Source: an uncultured Chloroflexia bacterium
GTDB taxonomy: Bacteria > Chloroflexota > Limnocylindria > Limnocylindrales > CSP1-4
Length of the DNA: 64,000 nt
Assembly (NCBI GenBank): GCA_963746845.1
Contig: CAVVCZ010000008.1
Location: 9,385 to 73,384 of the forward strand
Direction of reading: 5' to 3'
Every line of letters starts with the position of its first letter. The stretch's first letter is position 1. The notes under the pieces are model-generated. The model saw only the letters and a list, made by a program, of their open reading frames with translations. It searched no databases and was not told where the DNA came from. The translations under genes were made by a program, and so were the position numbers. Positions 49,662 through 62,312 of this stretch are shown here, piece by piece.

Positions 49662-50537
49662 TCAGCCGGCGAACCTCGCCAGGATCCCGGCCAGCTCGGC
49701 GGCGTCGGCGGCAATCGCGGTGGGACGGCGATCGGCCGGCGCCGCCTCCACGTCCGCTCGTGACGTCACGCCGGTCAGCATCAGGACGCTCCGCGCGCCG
49801 ACCGCGACCGCCGCGGCGATGTCGGTCCCGAGACCATCGCCGATCATGATCGCCTCGGTGGCCTCGCGGCCGACGGCTCGTGCCGCCTCCTCGAGCAGGT
49901 ACGGCTCGGGCTTGCCGATCGAGGTCGGGACGACGCCGCTCGCCGCCTCCAGCGCGGCGACGATCGAGCCGGCCCCCGGCCGGACCGCCCGCTCGGTCGG
50001 GTAGACGGGGTCGCGGTTCGTCGCGATGAACCGGGCGCCGGCGCGGATGCAGTCATTGGCGACCGTCAGCCGCAGGTAGTCGATCTTCGGGTCGAGCCCG
50101 ACGACCACCGCGTCGGGCTGGCCGGCCGCCTCCCAGCCGTTGCCGCCGTCGGTGCCCTCGACGCCGCCGCCGCGGATCAGCTCGCCGGCATCGCCGGCGC
50201 GGGTGACGCGGAACCCGGCGTCGGTCAGCTCACGGTCGAGCCCACTCGCGCCGACGGTGAGCACGTGCCGGACTGACGGCTCGTGGTCGCGGAGGTAGAG
50301 CGCGGTCGCGCGCGGCGACGACACGATCCGATCCGCCGACACGGGGCCGCCCATCCCGGCAATCCGCTCGACGTACTCGGCGTGGTACCACATCGAGTTG
50401 TTCGTCACGTACACGACGTCGTCGCCGCGCGCCGCTCGGTCGGCAAGGAGGGGGCCCACGCCGGGCACGGGGTCGGCGCCGCGGTACAGGACGCCATCGA
50501 GGTCGACGAGCAGGAGCAGGCCGTGGGCGGTCGTCAC
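49662..50537 (-). CDS. HAD-IIA hydrolase (NagD-like)
   Basis: DLDGVL, TNN, ATNRD, GKPEP, IGD.L.TDI. Confidence 0.9.
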   Translation of the reverse strand: MTTAHGLLLLVDLDGVLYRGADPVPGVGPLLADRAARGDDVVYVTNNSMWYHAEYVERIAGMGGPVSADRIVSSPRATALYLRDHEPSVRHVLTVGASGLDRELTDAGFRVTRAGDAGELIRGGGVEGTDGGNGWEAAGQPDAVVVGLDPKIDYLRLTVANDCIRAGARFIATNRDPVYPTERAVRPGAGSIVAALEAASGVVPTSIGKPEPYLLEEAARAVGREATEAIMIGDGLGTDIAAAVAVGARSVLMLTGVTSRADVEAAPADRRPTAIAADAAELAGILARFAG

Positions 50538-50592
50538 GATCGGGAATGCTACCGGCGGACGCAGCCGGGCACGGCGGGACTACGATCGAGAG

Positions 50593-51228
50593 GTGACCCG
50601 CGTCGCTTCGTCGTCCGATCCGCTCAGCGGGGTGACCCGCCTGCTCGTCGACGGGACGAACCTCCTGCACGCGCTCGCGCGCGGACCGACCGGTCCCGAT
50701 CGCCAGCCGCCGGCGGCCCTGATCGGGCGGCTCCGCGCGGCGATCCCGCCCGAGACCTCGATCGAACTGATCTTCGACGGCCCGGCCGAGCCGGGCCTGA
50801 CCCGCCAGCGGATCGCCCACGGCGTCAGCGTCCGCTATGGCGGCCGCCACACCGCCGACACGGTCCTGATCACCCTGGTCGAGGACGTGGTCCTCGGCGC
50901 GGGCGGGACGCCCGGTGGTGGATCGCTGGCCACGGACGCGCTCCTGGTGGTGACCGACGATCGCGAGCTTCGTGCCGCGGTCACGCGACGCGGCGCGCGG
51001 AGCGCCGGCGCCAGCTGGCTCCTGCGCCGGATGGAGCGGCCGCGCCTCGCGTCGCCGTCCGTGGGCAATGCGCGCCCGCCGCGAGCGCCGCACGTCGACC
51101 AGGGTCCGCCCGGCTCCGCGTCCGCCTCCGCCGACGCTGACGGCCACGACGAGCGGCGCGGCTGGTCGCCCGGCCGCCACGCCACCCGCAAGAAGGGTCC
51201 CGGCAAGAAGCCACCGAAGAGCCGCTGA
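50593..51228 (+). CDS. NYN/YacP-like PIN-domain protein
   Basis: LVDGTNLL, IFDG, TAD..I, VVTDDREL. Confidence 0.75.
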   Translation: MTRVASSSDPLSGVTRLLVDGTNLLHALARGPTGPDRQPPAALIGRLRAAIPPETSIELIFDGPAEPGLTRQRIAHGVSVRYGGRHTADTVLITLVEDVVLGAGGTPGGGSLATDALLVVTDDRELRAAVTRRGARSAGASWLLRRMERPRLASPSVGNARPPRAPHVDQGPPGSASASADADGHDERRGWSPGRHATRKKGPGKKPPKSR

Positions 51229-51272
51229 GGCGCCGCGCGGTCGTCGCCGCGGCCCGGCGCTATCATGCCCGC

Positions 51273-51752
51273 GTGACCGTGATCGATCAGATCCAGCAGG
51301 GTTGGTCGAGCCTCCTCGACTTGCTCTCGAAGCTGATCATCCCCGACTGGGCGAGCCTGATCGTCCTGCTCCCGGTCTTCGTCCTGATCGGGATCGTCGG
51401 TCCCCTCCTGACGCTCGCGATCCTCGGCTGGATGGGCTACGGGATCCTCAAGCCGCGAACGGTCGTCACCTACGAGGAAGGCACGCGGACCGCGCCGCGC
51501 GATCAGCTCGGCCGGATCGTCGCCCCGGCCGGCGAGCCGTACTGCCCGCGAGACGGGCTGATCTATCCGTCGGGGCAGCAGCGGTGCGACGTCGACCACA
51601 CGACGCTGCTCCTGCGCTGCCCGAAGTGCGAGGTCGTCCGCGAGGCCACGATCTCGACCTGCGGCAACTGCGGGCTGAGCCTCCGGCTCGAGCCGCGCGC
51701 GATGATCATCGCCCGGGATGCGCCGCCTCCGGGTGGCGCCGCCGTCGCCTAG
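51273..51752 (+). CDS. Membrane protein with Cys-rich double zinc ribbon
   Basis: TM helices followed by CPRD...C..D...CPKC...CGNC. Confidence 0.65.
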   Translation: MTVIDQIQQGWSSLLDLLSKLIIPDWASLIVLLPVFVLIGIVGPLLTLAILGWMGYGILKPRTVVTYEEGTRTAPRDQLGRIVAPAGEPYCPRDGLIYPSGQQRCDVDHTTLLLRCPKCEVVREATISTCGNCGLSLRLEPRAMIIARDAPPPGGAAVA

Positions 51753-51766
51753 GAGCCGGTCCTCCC

Positions 51767-52720
51767 ATGAGCATCCTCGCGACGATCCTGTTCCCGCTCG
51801 GCACGGTCGCGATCGCGATCGCCTTCGCCGCCCACGTCGGGCACGCCGTGCTGCTCGCGAACGGCCGTCGATCGATCGGGCTCGCGCTCGGCCGTCCGAC
51901 GAACCAGCCCGCGTGGGCCGGCGCGGTCACGGGATCGTTCGCCACCGCCCAGGCCGCCGCGATCCCGGCCGACTCGCCGGACGCACCGCTCGGGATCGCC
52001 CCGACCCCGCTCGGTCGCGCGGCCGTCGTCATCGCCGGCGTCGGGTTCGTCGCCCTGCTCGCGTACCTGATCGCACGCGGGATCGCGGTCGGGCGCGGGC
52101 CGTGGGGCAACATGTTCGAGTTCAGTGTCGCCTTCGCGACGTCGATCGTCGGCGGCTACCTGTACCTCCAGCGCCGCTACCCGATCCGCTCGATCGGGTT
52201 CATCCCGACGGGGGTTGCCCTTGGGCTGCTCCTGTACGCGTCGAGCCTGCCGTCGCAGATCAGCCAGCTCGTGCCGGCGCTCCAGAACCCGCCGTTGCTG
52301 ACGATCCACGTCGGGCTCGCCGTGCTGTCGTACGGGATCTTCGCGACGTCATTCGCTGCGGGCGTCGGGTACCTGCTCCAGGGCCAGGGCGACCGGTTCG
52401 CCTGGCTGCCGAGCCACAAGGTCCTCGACGAGGTCGCCTACCGGGCGGTGATCATCGGCTTCCCGGTCTTCGCGACGATGATCATCCTCGGGTCGTGGTG
52501 GGCCTCGATCGCCTGGTCACGCTACTGGGGCTGGGACCCGAAGGAGACCGCGGCGCTCGTGACGTGGCTGTCGTACGCGGTGTACCTCCACGCGCGGAAC
52601 CAGAAGTCGTGGGCCGGCCGGCCGGCCGCACTGCTGCTGGTCGTGGCGTTCGGGATGGTGATCGTCACGTACTCCGGGTCGCTCTGGTTCAACGGCCTGC
52701 ACTCGTACAGCGGGCTGTAG
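51767..52720 (+). CDS. ccsB: Cytochrome c biogenesis system II protein CcsA/CcsB (ResC)
   Basis: PWGNMFEF, LVPALQ, IHV, WASIAWSRYWGWDPKET (WWD domain), GLHSY. Confidence 0.9.
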   Translation: MSILATILFPLGTVAIAIAFAAHVGHAVLLANGRRSIGLALGRPTNQPAWAGAVTGSFATAQAAAIPADSPDAPLGIAPTPLGRAAVVIAGVGFVALLAYLIARGIAVGRGPWGNMFEFSVAFATSIVGGYLYLQRRYPIRSIGFIPTGVALGLLLYASSLPSQISQLVPALQNPPLLTIHVGLAVLSYGIFATSFAAGVGYLLQGQGDRFAWLPSHKVLDEVAYRAVIIGFPVFATMIILGSWWASIAWSRYWGWDPKETAALVTWLSYAVYLHARNQKSWAGRPAALLLVVAFGMVIVTYSGSLWFNGLHSYSGL

Positions 52721-52983
52721 CTCCGGCTCCTCGCCCCGCGCCGGCCGTCCCCGCTGGCACTCCGGCTCTCGCACTTCCGCGAACGTGCACCCACGGACCG
52801 TTCGAGTCGGTCGCTGCCTGGACTTCGAGGGCCGCGAGCGCGGTCTGACGGGCACACTCGAGCATCCAGTCATGCCGTGACCATCTGATCGACTCCCGAC
52901 CACGAGACGTGGTCCAACGGTCCCCCGATGACCGTCTGATCGGATCCGGCACACGGGCGGGACCTGCGGCGCCGGACCGGGGA

Positions 52984-53721
52984 CTACGGCGAGGTCGATG
53001 CGGATGCGGCCGGCTGACCCGGGCCGCCGGCCACGACATCACCGCATGCCACGACCGTCGGGTCCTTCGCGGACTTCTGGATCAGGATCGCGAACGGCTC
53101 GGCGACGAGCGCGCTCGGTGGCGTTGCGATGACCGTGTTCGACGAGCCACCCGCCACCGGGTTCAGCGCGAACGGCGGGCCGGGGACCGCGGACGGCGCG
53201 GAGGCCGACGGCTCGGCGCTCCCGCTCGCGGCGGGCGCACTGGCCGGCGCCGCGGGCGCGGCGCTCGGGCTCGCAGCCGGCGCACCGCTCGCGTCGGCGC
53301 TCGGACTCGGTGGCGGGGCCGTGACCAGGTCGGCGCAGGCGCCCTGCTCGAGCGTCGCCGGCATCGGATCGGCGAACCCGATCGCCACGATGCCGAGCGT
53401 CACTGCGGTCGAGTTGCCGTCGGCGAGCGCGATCAGGATCCCGCCGCCGAAGACCTTGCTGGCATTCGCCTCCGCGAACGAGGTGGTCAGTCGGGTGACG
53501 GGCGCCGCCGACGGCGACGGCTCGACGGACGGCTCGACGGACGCCGGCGACGTCGCCAGCGGCGAGCCCGTGGCGCCGGCGACGTCCCCGGAGGCGGAAC
53601 TCGAACCGCAGGCGGCGACCAGGAGCGCGGCGATCGTCGCCAGGCCGGCGATCGGAAGCGGATGGCGGAGGGTCGCGTGACGTGCGGAGGGGGCACGCAC
53701 TGGCAATCCGTCGTGAGGCAT
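52984..53721 (-). CDS. Hypothetical lipoprotein (Ser/Pro-rich; CHRD/SOD-like C...VVACGD)
   Basis: Lipobox ALLVAAC-G; QGAC...VVACGDV. Confidence 0.55.
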   Translation of the reverse strand: MPHDGLPVRAPSARHATLRHPLPIAGLATIAALLVAACGSSSASGDVAGATGSPLATSPASVEPSVEPSPSAAPVTRLTTSFAEANASKVFGGGILIALADGNSTAVTLGIVAIGFADPMPATLEQGACADLVTAPPPSPSADASGAPAASPSAAPAAPASAPAASGSAEPSASAPSAVPGPPFALNPVAGGSSNTVIATPPSALVAEPFAILIQKSAKDPTVVACGDVVAGGPGQPAASASTSP

Positions 53722-53846
53722 GAGACGTCCTCCACGGAGACGGTGAACCGCTCGACGATCCCACCGTCTCGCGTGCGTGCGCGCGCCCGCGCGAGGCGAT
53801 CGCGTTACAACGGCGTCCCAAAGCGCGCCCGCGAGGGCGCGCCCGA

Positions 53847-55859
53847 TCAGCCGGGCGGCGGCTCCGGCGTCGACGCGAACGGGTCGGACGAGGGTGCCGG
53901 CGGCACCCACTGGATCAGCGGATCGTCGATCCATGACTCCGGAGGCTCCGGCCAGACCGCCGATTCCGGCCCCGGCTCCGCGCCGCCGAGCGGCCCGATT
54001 CCCGGCTCCGGCAGCACGGACGCGGCCGGCGTCGACGCGGCGGCGGCCGCGCCGGCGGGCTGCCACTCCCCGGCTTCCCGCGCCGGCGGCGTCGGCATGA
54101 ACTGACGGAACTGGAGGACCTTCCGCTCGAACGGCTGGGTCAGCGTCGGATCGACCGCCTCGGCCTCGAGGAAGACCTGCTCCAGCTCGTCGCCGATCAG
54201 CTCGTCGCGCTCGATCAGGGCGCGTGCGACGTAGTGGATCGCCGTCATCTTCTGGAGGACGAGCCGCTCGGTCTCGGCATAGAGCTGGTCGAGGAGCTCG
54301 TTCGCCGCGACGAGGAACGGCTGAGGTGGGAGCTGCCCCGCCACCACCGGCACGACCAGCTTCGACGGGCCCATGGCCCACACGGACGTGTAGTAGACGG
54401 CCTGGGCCGTGGCACCGCGGAGATCGGACGACGGCCCGGTCGAGAGGTCCTTGAGATAGCGCGTCTCGATCACGTGCCCCGCGAGGGCGACCATGATCCA
54501 CGACTCGACATGCCGTCGGAAGTACGAAGTGCGCTCCTCGCGCGGCTTCGGCACGACCATGCCGAGCGCGTGGCCGCGGCGGATGATCGTCGCCTTCGAC
54601 ACCCGCGAGTCCGTGAGGATGTAGCGGGCGACGGTCGCGTGAGCAGCCTCGTGATATGCAGTCTTGCGGCGGTCGTCGCGATGCCACGAACGGATCGGCT
54701 GCTTGATGCCGTCGGATCGCTCGTCCGCGGCGGCGAGCCAGTCCTTGTAGGTCAGCTGCTCTCGACCGTCGTTGTGGGCATGGATCAGGGCCTCGTTGAT
54801 CACGGTCTTGATGAGGATCGGGGTCCACTCCATCGAGTCGGTGATCATCAGGTTCTTGTCGATGTCCGGGTCGTGCGCCTTCTTCGACAGGTAGAAGTCG
54901 ATGATGTCGCGGCGGCCGTCGGCGTCCGGCGGGTGGACCTCGATGATCCGGTCGAGCCGGCCGGGCCGGACGAGCGCCGGGTCGAGGACCTCGGGCCGGT
55001 TGGTCGCGCCGATCACGAAGATCAGCGGGCGGTTCTTCGCGGGACCGCGGATGATCCCGAGCCAGCGCAGGAGCTTGAACCGCCAGCGGTCCTCGATGTG
55101 CTCGGTGAGCGAGTCCATCTGGTTGAGGAGCGCGTTCAGCCCCTGCGAGCCGCCCATGCCGCCCATCATTCCGCCGCCGCCGAGCCCGATCCCCATGCCG
55201 CCGCCCTGCTGGCCGCCGCGGGCCTGGCCGATCGCGTCCAGCTCGTCGAGGAACATGATGCAGGCGCCGCGCCTGCCGGGCTGCGCATACCTCCGGGCCA
55301 GCCCACGGGCGTCACGGAAGAGCTTCATGACCATGAGCTGCGACGTCCCGACGAAGGCGCCCTGGAGCGAGCTCGCGTCGAGGTAGATGAACGGCAGCTG
55401 CGCCTCCGAGGCGATACAGCTGGCCAGGAAGGTCTTGCCGGTTCCAGGCCCGCCGGAAAGCAGGAGGCCCTTCGGCATCTCGCCGCCGCGGCGCTCGAAA
55501 TCCGTCACGCCACGGAGGATCGCGACGGTGCTCTTGGCGTGCTCGAGGAGGTCCGGCTGGCCGCGATAGCTCGCGAAGTTCACGCCGATCTGGATGTCGT
55601 CCGGCGTCACGACGTATTTCCTCGGCCGAGAGAGGAAGTAGAACATCATGAAGAATTGGGCGCCGATGAAGACGACGGCGAACGACAGCTGCAGCGCGAA
55701 CGCTGGCAGGATCGCGAGCAGCCCGACGACCCCCTCGACGAAGCCGCGGAACCCGTTCTGCAGGACGAGGAACGTCAGGATCGCCAGGAGGATGACGAAC
55801 CGGATGCGGTTCCTCTCCAGGAAGTAGGTCGTACCGGTGACGGCGTTTCGAACGCGCAC
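53847..55859 (-). CDS. Divergent FtsH-like AAA+ ATPase / M41 protease
   Basis: 2 TM helices, GGPGTGKT, FVG pore loop, FLDELDA, ATNRPEVLDPAL.RPGRLDR, AYHEAAH, TGPSSDL. Confidence 0.85.
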   Translation of the reverse strand: MRVRNAVTGTTYFLERNRIRFVILLAILTFLVLQNGFRGFVEGVVGLLAILPAFALQLSFAVVFIGAQFFMMFYFLSRPRKYVVTPDDIQIGVNFASYRGQPDLLEHAKSTVAILRGVTDFERRGGEMPKGLLLSGGPGTGKTFLASCIASEAQLPFIYLDASSLQGAFVGTSQLMVMKLFRDARGLARRYAQPGRRGACIMFLDELDAIGQARGGQQGGGMGIGLGGGGMMGGMGGSQGLNALLNQMDSLTEHIEDRWRFKLLRWLGIIRGPAKNRPLIFVIGATNRPEVLDPALVRPGRLDRIIEVHPPDADGRRDIIDFYLSKKAHDPDIDKNLMITDSMEWTPILIKTVINEALIHAHNDGREQLTYKDWLAAADERSDGIKQPIRSWHRDDRRKTAYHEAAHATVARYILTDSRVSKATIIRRGHALGMVVPKPREERTSYFRRHVESWIMVALAGHVIETRYLKDLSTGPSSDLRGATAQAVYYTSVWAMGPSKLVVPVVAGQLPPQPFLVAANELLDQLYAETERLVLQKMTAIHYVARALIERDELIGDELEQVFLEAEAVDPTLTQPFERKVLQFRQFMPTPPAREAGEWQPAGAAAAASTPAASVLPEPGIGPLGGAEPGPESAVWPEPPESWIDDPLIQWVPPAPSSDPFASTPEPPPG

Positions 55860-55888
55860 GGTCGCTCTCCTCAGGGCGCTGACCGGGG

Positions 55889-57058
55889 TCAGCGGAAGTC
55901 CGTGATGGCTCCGTTGTGGATGTGGACGACGAGGTTGAACGTCAGGGCGTTGCCGCTCTGGTCGAGGCCGGTGATGAGGATCTCGGTGGCGCTGTCGGGG
56001 CCGACCGTGTAGGTGGACATCGCCTTGGCGCCGACGATCGAGCTGATCCCGTCGACGGCGAGCTCACCCGCGAGGAGCCGGTATGGCTGGGCGGGGACGA
56101 CGAGCTGGACCTTGGTCTGGTTGTCGGACTGGAGGGCATCGATCAGGGACAGGACCTGCGCCGGGACGACCGTGGTGGTGCCGTCCGACTGGGCCACCGC
56201 GACCGGGACGGGCGGCTGGGGCACGGGGAGCGATCGGACGTAAGCCGTGAACCCGAAGCCGAGCCCGACGAGGAACAGGAGGGCGATCGCGACGGGGCGG
56301 GCGATGATCCGCAGCGAGCCGCGGGTCCTGGCTGCCGCGCGGCGCCACCAGCTGGGTCCGGCCGGCTTGACCTCGACGGGCGCAACCACCGCGAGCGCGG
56401 GCGCGGCGAACGGTGCGGCGCCGGTCGGGACCTGTGCCAGGCCGGCTGCCGGTGCCGGGGTGGGACTCGGGAGGATCGCGGGGGTCGGGTAGCTGGGGGC
56501 AGCTCCCAGCGCCGGCGTCGCGCTCGCGGCCGACGCCCAGCTGAACGCCGCGGTCGCCGGCCCGACCGGCGGCGCGGGGGTCGAGACAGCCGGGGCGGCG
56601 GCGGTCGGCGGCACGAAGGGCTGCATCTCCGGCGAGACGACGTCCTCCGGCCGAACCGCGATCAGCTCGTGGCCGGCGGCGACGTCCCAGCCGTCGTCGC
56701 GGGTCGGGTCGAGGAGCTCATCGGTCGGCTCCCACGGCTTCGGCTGCATCCGGGCGATGTCGAGGCGCTTCATCTCGACCGCGGTGAGCTCACGATCCTG
56801 GAAGAGCGAGCCGGGAGCGGGGAAGAAGGGTGCGGCGGCGGGGGCGGCGGCCTCCGGGGCGGCGGCGGCGGGGGCCTCGGGCGCGGGGGCGGTGGCCTCG
56901 GCCGCCATGGCCGTTGTCTCGGTCGCCGCGGCGGCTGCCTCGGCCGTGGGCGCGGTCTGAGGCTCGGCGGCTGGCTGAGCCTCGGGCTGGGCCGGCGCTT
57001 CGGGCGCGGGCTGGGTCTCCGGCGCCCCGGCGGCGGTCGGGTCGATCGGGTCGGTCAT
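55889..57058 (-). CDS. Hypothetical protein: Pro/Ala-rich N-terminus, TM helix, small C-terminal domain
   Basis: 389-aa ORF, ATGA-coupled to the upstream gene. Confidence 0.7.
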   Translation of the reverse strand: MTDPIDPTAAGAPETQPAPEAPAQPEAQPAAEPQTAPTAEAAAAATETTAMAAEATAPAPEAPAAAAPEAAAPAAAPFFPAPGSLFQDRELTAVEMKRLDIARMQPKPWEPTDELLDPTRDDGWDVAAGHELIAVRPEDVVSPEMQPFVPPTAAAPAVSTPAPPVGPATAAFSWASAASATPALGAAPSYPTPAILPSPTPAPAAGLAQVPTGAAPFAAPALAVVAPVEVKPAGPSWWRRAAARTRGSLRIIARPVAIALLFLVGLGFGFTAYVRSLPVPQPPVPVAVAQSDGTTTVVPAQVLSLIDALQSDNQTKVQLVVPAQPYRLLAGELAVDGISSIVGAKAMSTYTVGPDSATEILITGLDQSGNALTFNLVVHIHNGAITDFR

Positions 57059-57516
57059 GGCGTCGGGTCCAGCGCGCGCGGCGGGAGCAGGAGGCCGGCC
57101 CGGCCGGAGTTCGTCGCGACCCGCCAGCTGAGGATCGTCTTCGTGCCGTCGTTCATCGTGGCCGGGGCGGCATAGGCCTGGATCGAGATCCCCGGCCCAC
57201 CGATCGACCCGAGCAGAACCGGCGTGCCGACCTCGATCACCTGCCCGGCCAGGTCGTTGGCCTTGACGGTGTCGAGCTCGATCGCGCCGAGCGCCTTGAG
57301 GCGGTCCTGGTCATTGGCGACGAACGCGTTGATGAACTCGCGCGCGATCGGGAGCTCCGCGTTCTGCGTCGCGGCCGGCCGTGCCGCGAGCTGGTTCTGT
57401 TGCTGATGCGGGGAGTACTCCGCCGCGATCGTCGGGATCAGGAAGCCGAGCAGGCCCCCGAGCGCGACCGTTCCAACGATCGCCGTGATCCGTCGGATCA
57501 ACCGCCGCAGACGCAT
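57055..57516 (-). CDS. Hypothetical TM/secreted protein
   Basis: MRLRRLIRR plus hydrophobic helix; GC3 bias. Confidence 0.65.
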   Translation of the reverse strand: MRLRRLIRRITAIVGTVALGGLLGFLIPTIAAEYSPHQQQNQLAARPAATQNAELPIAREFINAFVANDQDRLKALGAIELDTVKANDLAGQVIEVGTPVLLGSIGGPGISIQAYAAPATMNDGTKTILSWRVATNSGRAGLLLPPRALDPTP

Positions 57517-57625
57517 CGCGCTCCCACCTGCCCCGGATTTGCCGCCGAGTCTAACCCCGTACGCACGAAACGTCAGACGGGAGTTCCACTCGTTGGCGTA
57601 GGTACGCAACACAACGCCGTGCGGT

Positions 57626-58386
57626 TCAGGCTGTCGATCCCCCGTTGGGGCCAGCCGCCCCGCCCGGTGGGGCCAGCCGCCTCGGGGCCCGCACGCGTCG
57701 CGCGCCGCTCGGCGCCGCCGTCGGTGCCGGCCACACGACGATGCCGTTGCACGGACCGACCGGATCCCGCAACCATGCTCGGGCCGAGCGTGCTGTTGTC
57801 GGCAGCGCGGTCCGGAGAACGCCCGCATGGGCGCCGATCCGGCGAAGGTTCGTGCGCGTGTCGGTAATCATCAGGATCGTTCCGACGGACTCGGCCGGCC
57901 AACCGCGGTCCCGCGCGACGCGCGGGGCGAGGCGCCGTTTGCGATCGAGCGTGCCGAGGAGCTCGTTGACGTCGACGATCTCGGTCTTCAGCTCGATGGC
58001 GAGCAGGGCTCGGCGATCCGGGTGGTACGCGAGCACGTCGATGACGCCACGCTCCGCACCGATCGCGAACGACACCTCCGGAGCCACGATCCACTCCGGA
58101 CGGTCGCTCCGGAACCAGCGCGCGACGTCGTCGTGGAGCGCGGAGTGGCGGGCGTTGAGCAGGCGGTCGAGGTCGCCGCCGCGCCACCGCGGGACGAGGT
58201 CCAGTCGACGTCCAGGGCTGCGGCCACGCGTCGGATGGTCTCTAGCGGGATGCCGTCGAGGTGGCCGCGCTCGATCCTCGAGATCTGGGCGTCCGAGGTG
58301 TGCGCGGGGCCACCGAGCTGCTTCTGGGTGAGTCGGCGGCGGATCCGGATCGCGCGGATCGTGGCTCCGAAGCGCTGGTCGTCCAT
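57626..58386 (-). pseudogene. XRE-HTH + PD-(D/E)xK-like nuclease protein with 1-bp deletion near 58206
   Basis: MDDQRFGATIRAIRIRRRLTQ...ISRIERG HTH; frame change to LDLVPRWRGGDLDRL...EVSF...GVIDVL...IELKT. Confidence 0.75.
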
Positions 58387-58475
58387 ACCGAGATGGTCGT
58401 TGGGGGCTCTTCGCGGACGCTTACCTGCCACTTCGTCGCCCGGCGTCGACCAAGCGCCGATCAGGCCCGAATCAG

Positions 58476-58671
58476 TGCCAGATCGACATGGGGCGACGAG
58501 GAGGCCGAGCCGGCGGGCGCCACGCGGGCCCGGGGCGGCGCTCCCACGCACGACGGCGAGGCGATCGGCCTCCGATTCCTCCGCTCACCGTGCCCAACCG
58601 ACACGCGGTGTCGATCTGTCACCGAATCCAACACTTCCGGCTGGTGCTCGACACCGGGTGACGATCTGGCA
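58476..58671. repeat. Second cluster of REP-like palindromes (same family as 20100-20286)
   Basis: Copies at 58476, 58591 and 58641; AATCAGTGCCAGATCGACRTGGGG is shared with 20144. Confidence 0.75.
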
Positions 58672-58824
58672 GAATTGGAACGCGCGTTCGATCTGCGAGG
58701 ACCCAGGAGCCGTCCACAGCCCCACGCCACTTGCCCACAACCGGCACGCGACTCATCCACGCACGGAGCCCCGTTCTCCACGCACGAGCGGCGCTTGTGC
58801 ACACGTGTGCCCACGACCCGCGAA

Positions 58825-58873
58825 ACGCAACATCTAGCGGTGAACGTACAGAACCAACCACTACATCTTGTGG
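58825..58873 (+). promoter_or_regulatory. Tandem NrdR boxes
   Basis: ACGCAACATCTAGCGG (58825) and CCACTACATCTTGTGG (58858), 33 bp apart, upstream of the RNR gene. Confidence 0.8.
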
Positions 58874-58880
58874 TTTGGGC

Positions 58881-58909
58881 TTGACGGAGCCACCCGCCAA
58901 GCGTACGCT
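58881..58909 (+). promoter_or_regulatory. sigma70 promoter of nrdJ
   Basis: TTGACG-N17-TACGCT. Confidence 0.65.
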
Positions 58910-59117
58910 GGGCGCTCGCGCCGATTGATCCCGGCCCGCCCCAGATGGCCCCCTCGCCGGCCCAATCCGCCGGCCCCGAGACCGCCCCGGGCCCGCCCTC
59001 CGAGATCGGCAACAGAGGATGCGTCGCAGCTACATCGGTCGGACCGGTGGCATGGCCCGGCAGGACGAAGACCCAGGCGACGGACGACCCCGGCGAACGG
59101 TGGAGGAGAGAGGCAAG

Positions 59118-62312
<3,195 letters not shown>

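Noticed and set aside
58910-59117. Cobalamin riboswitch before nrdJ
   Set aside because: No B12-box motifs (GGGAA...GCCACTG) are recognisable; NrdR boxes account for the regulation.
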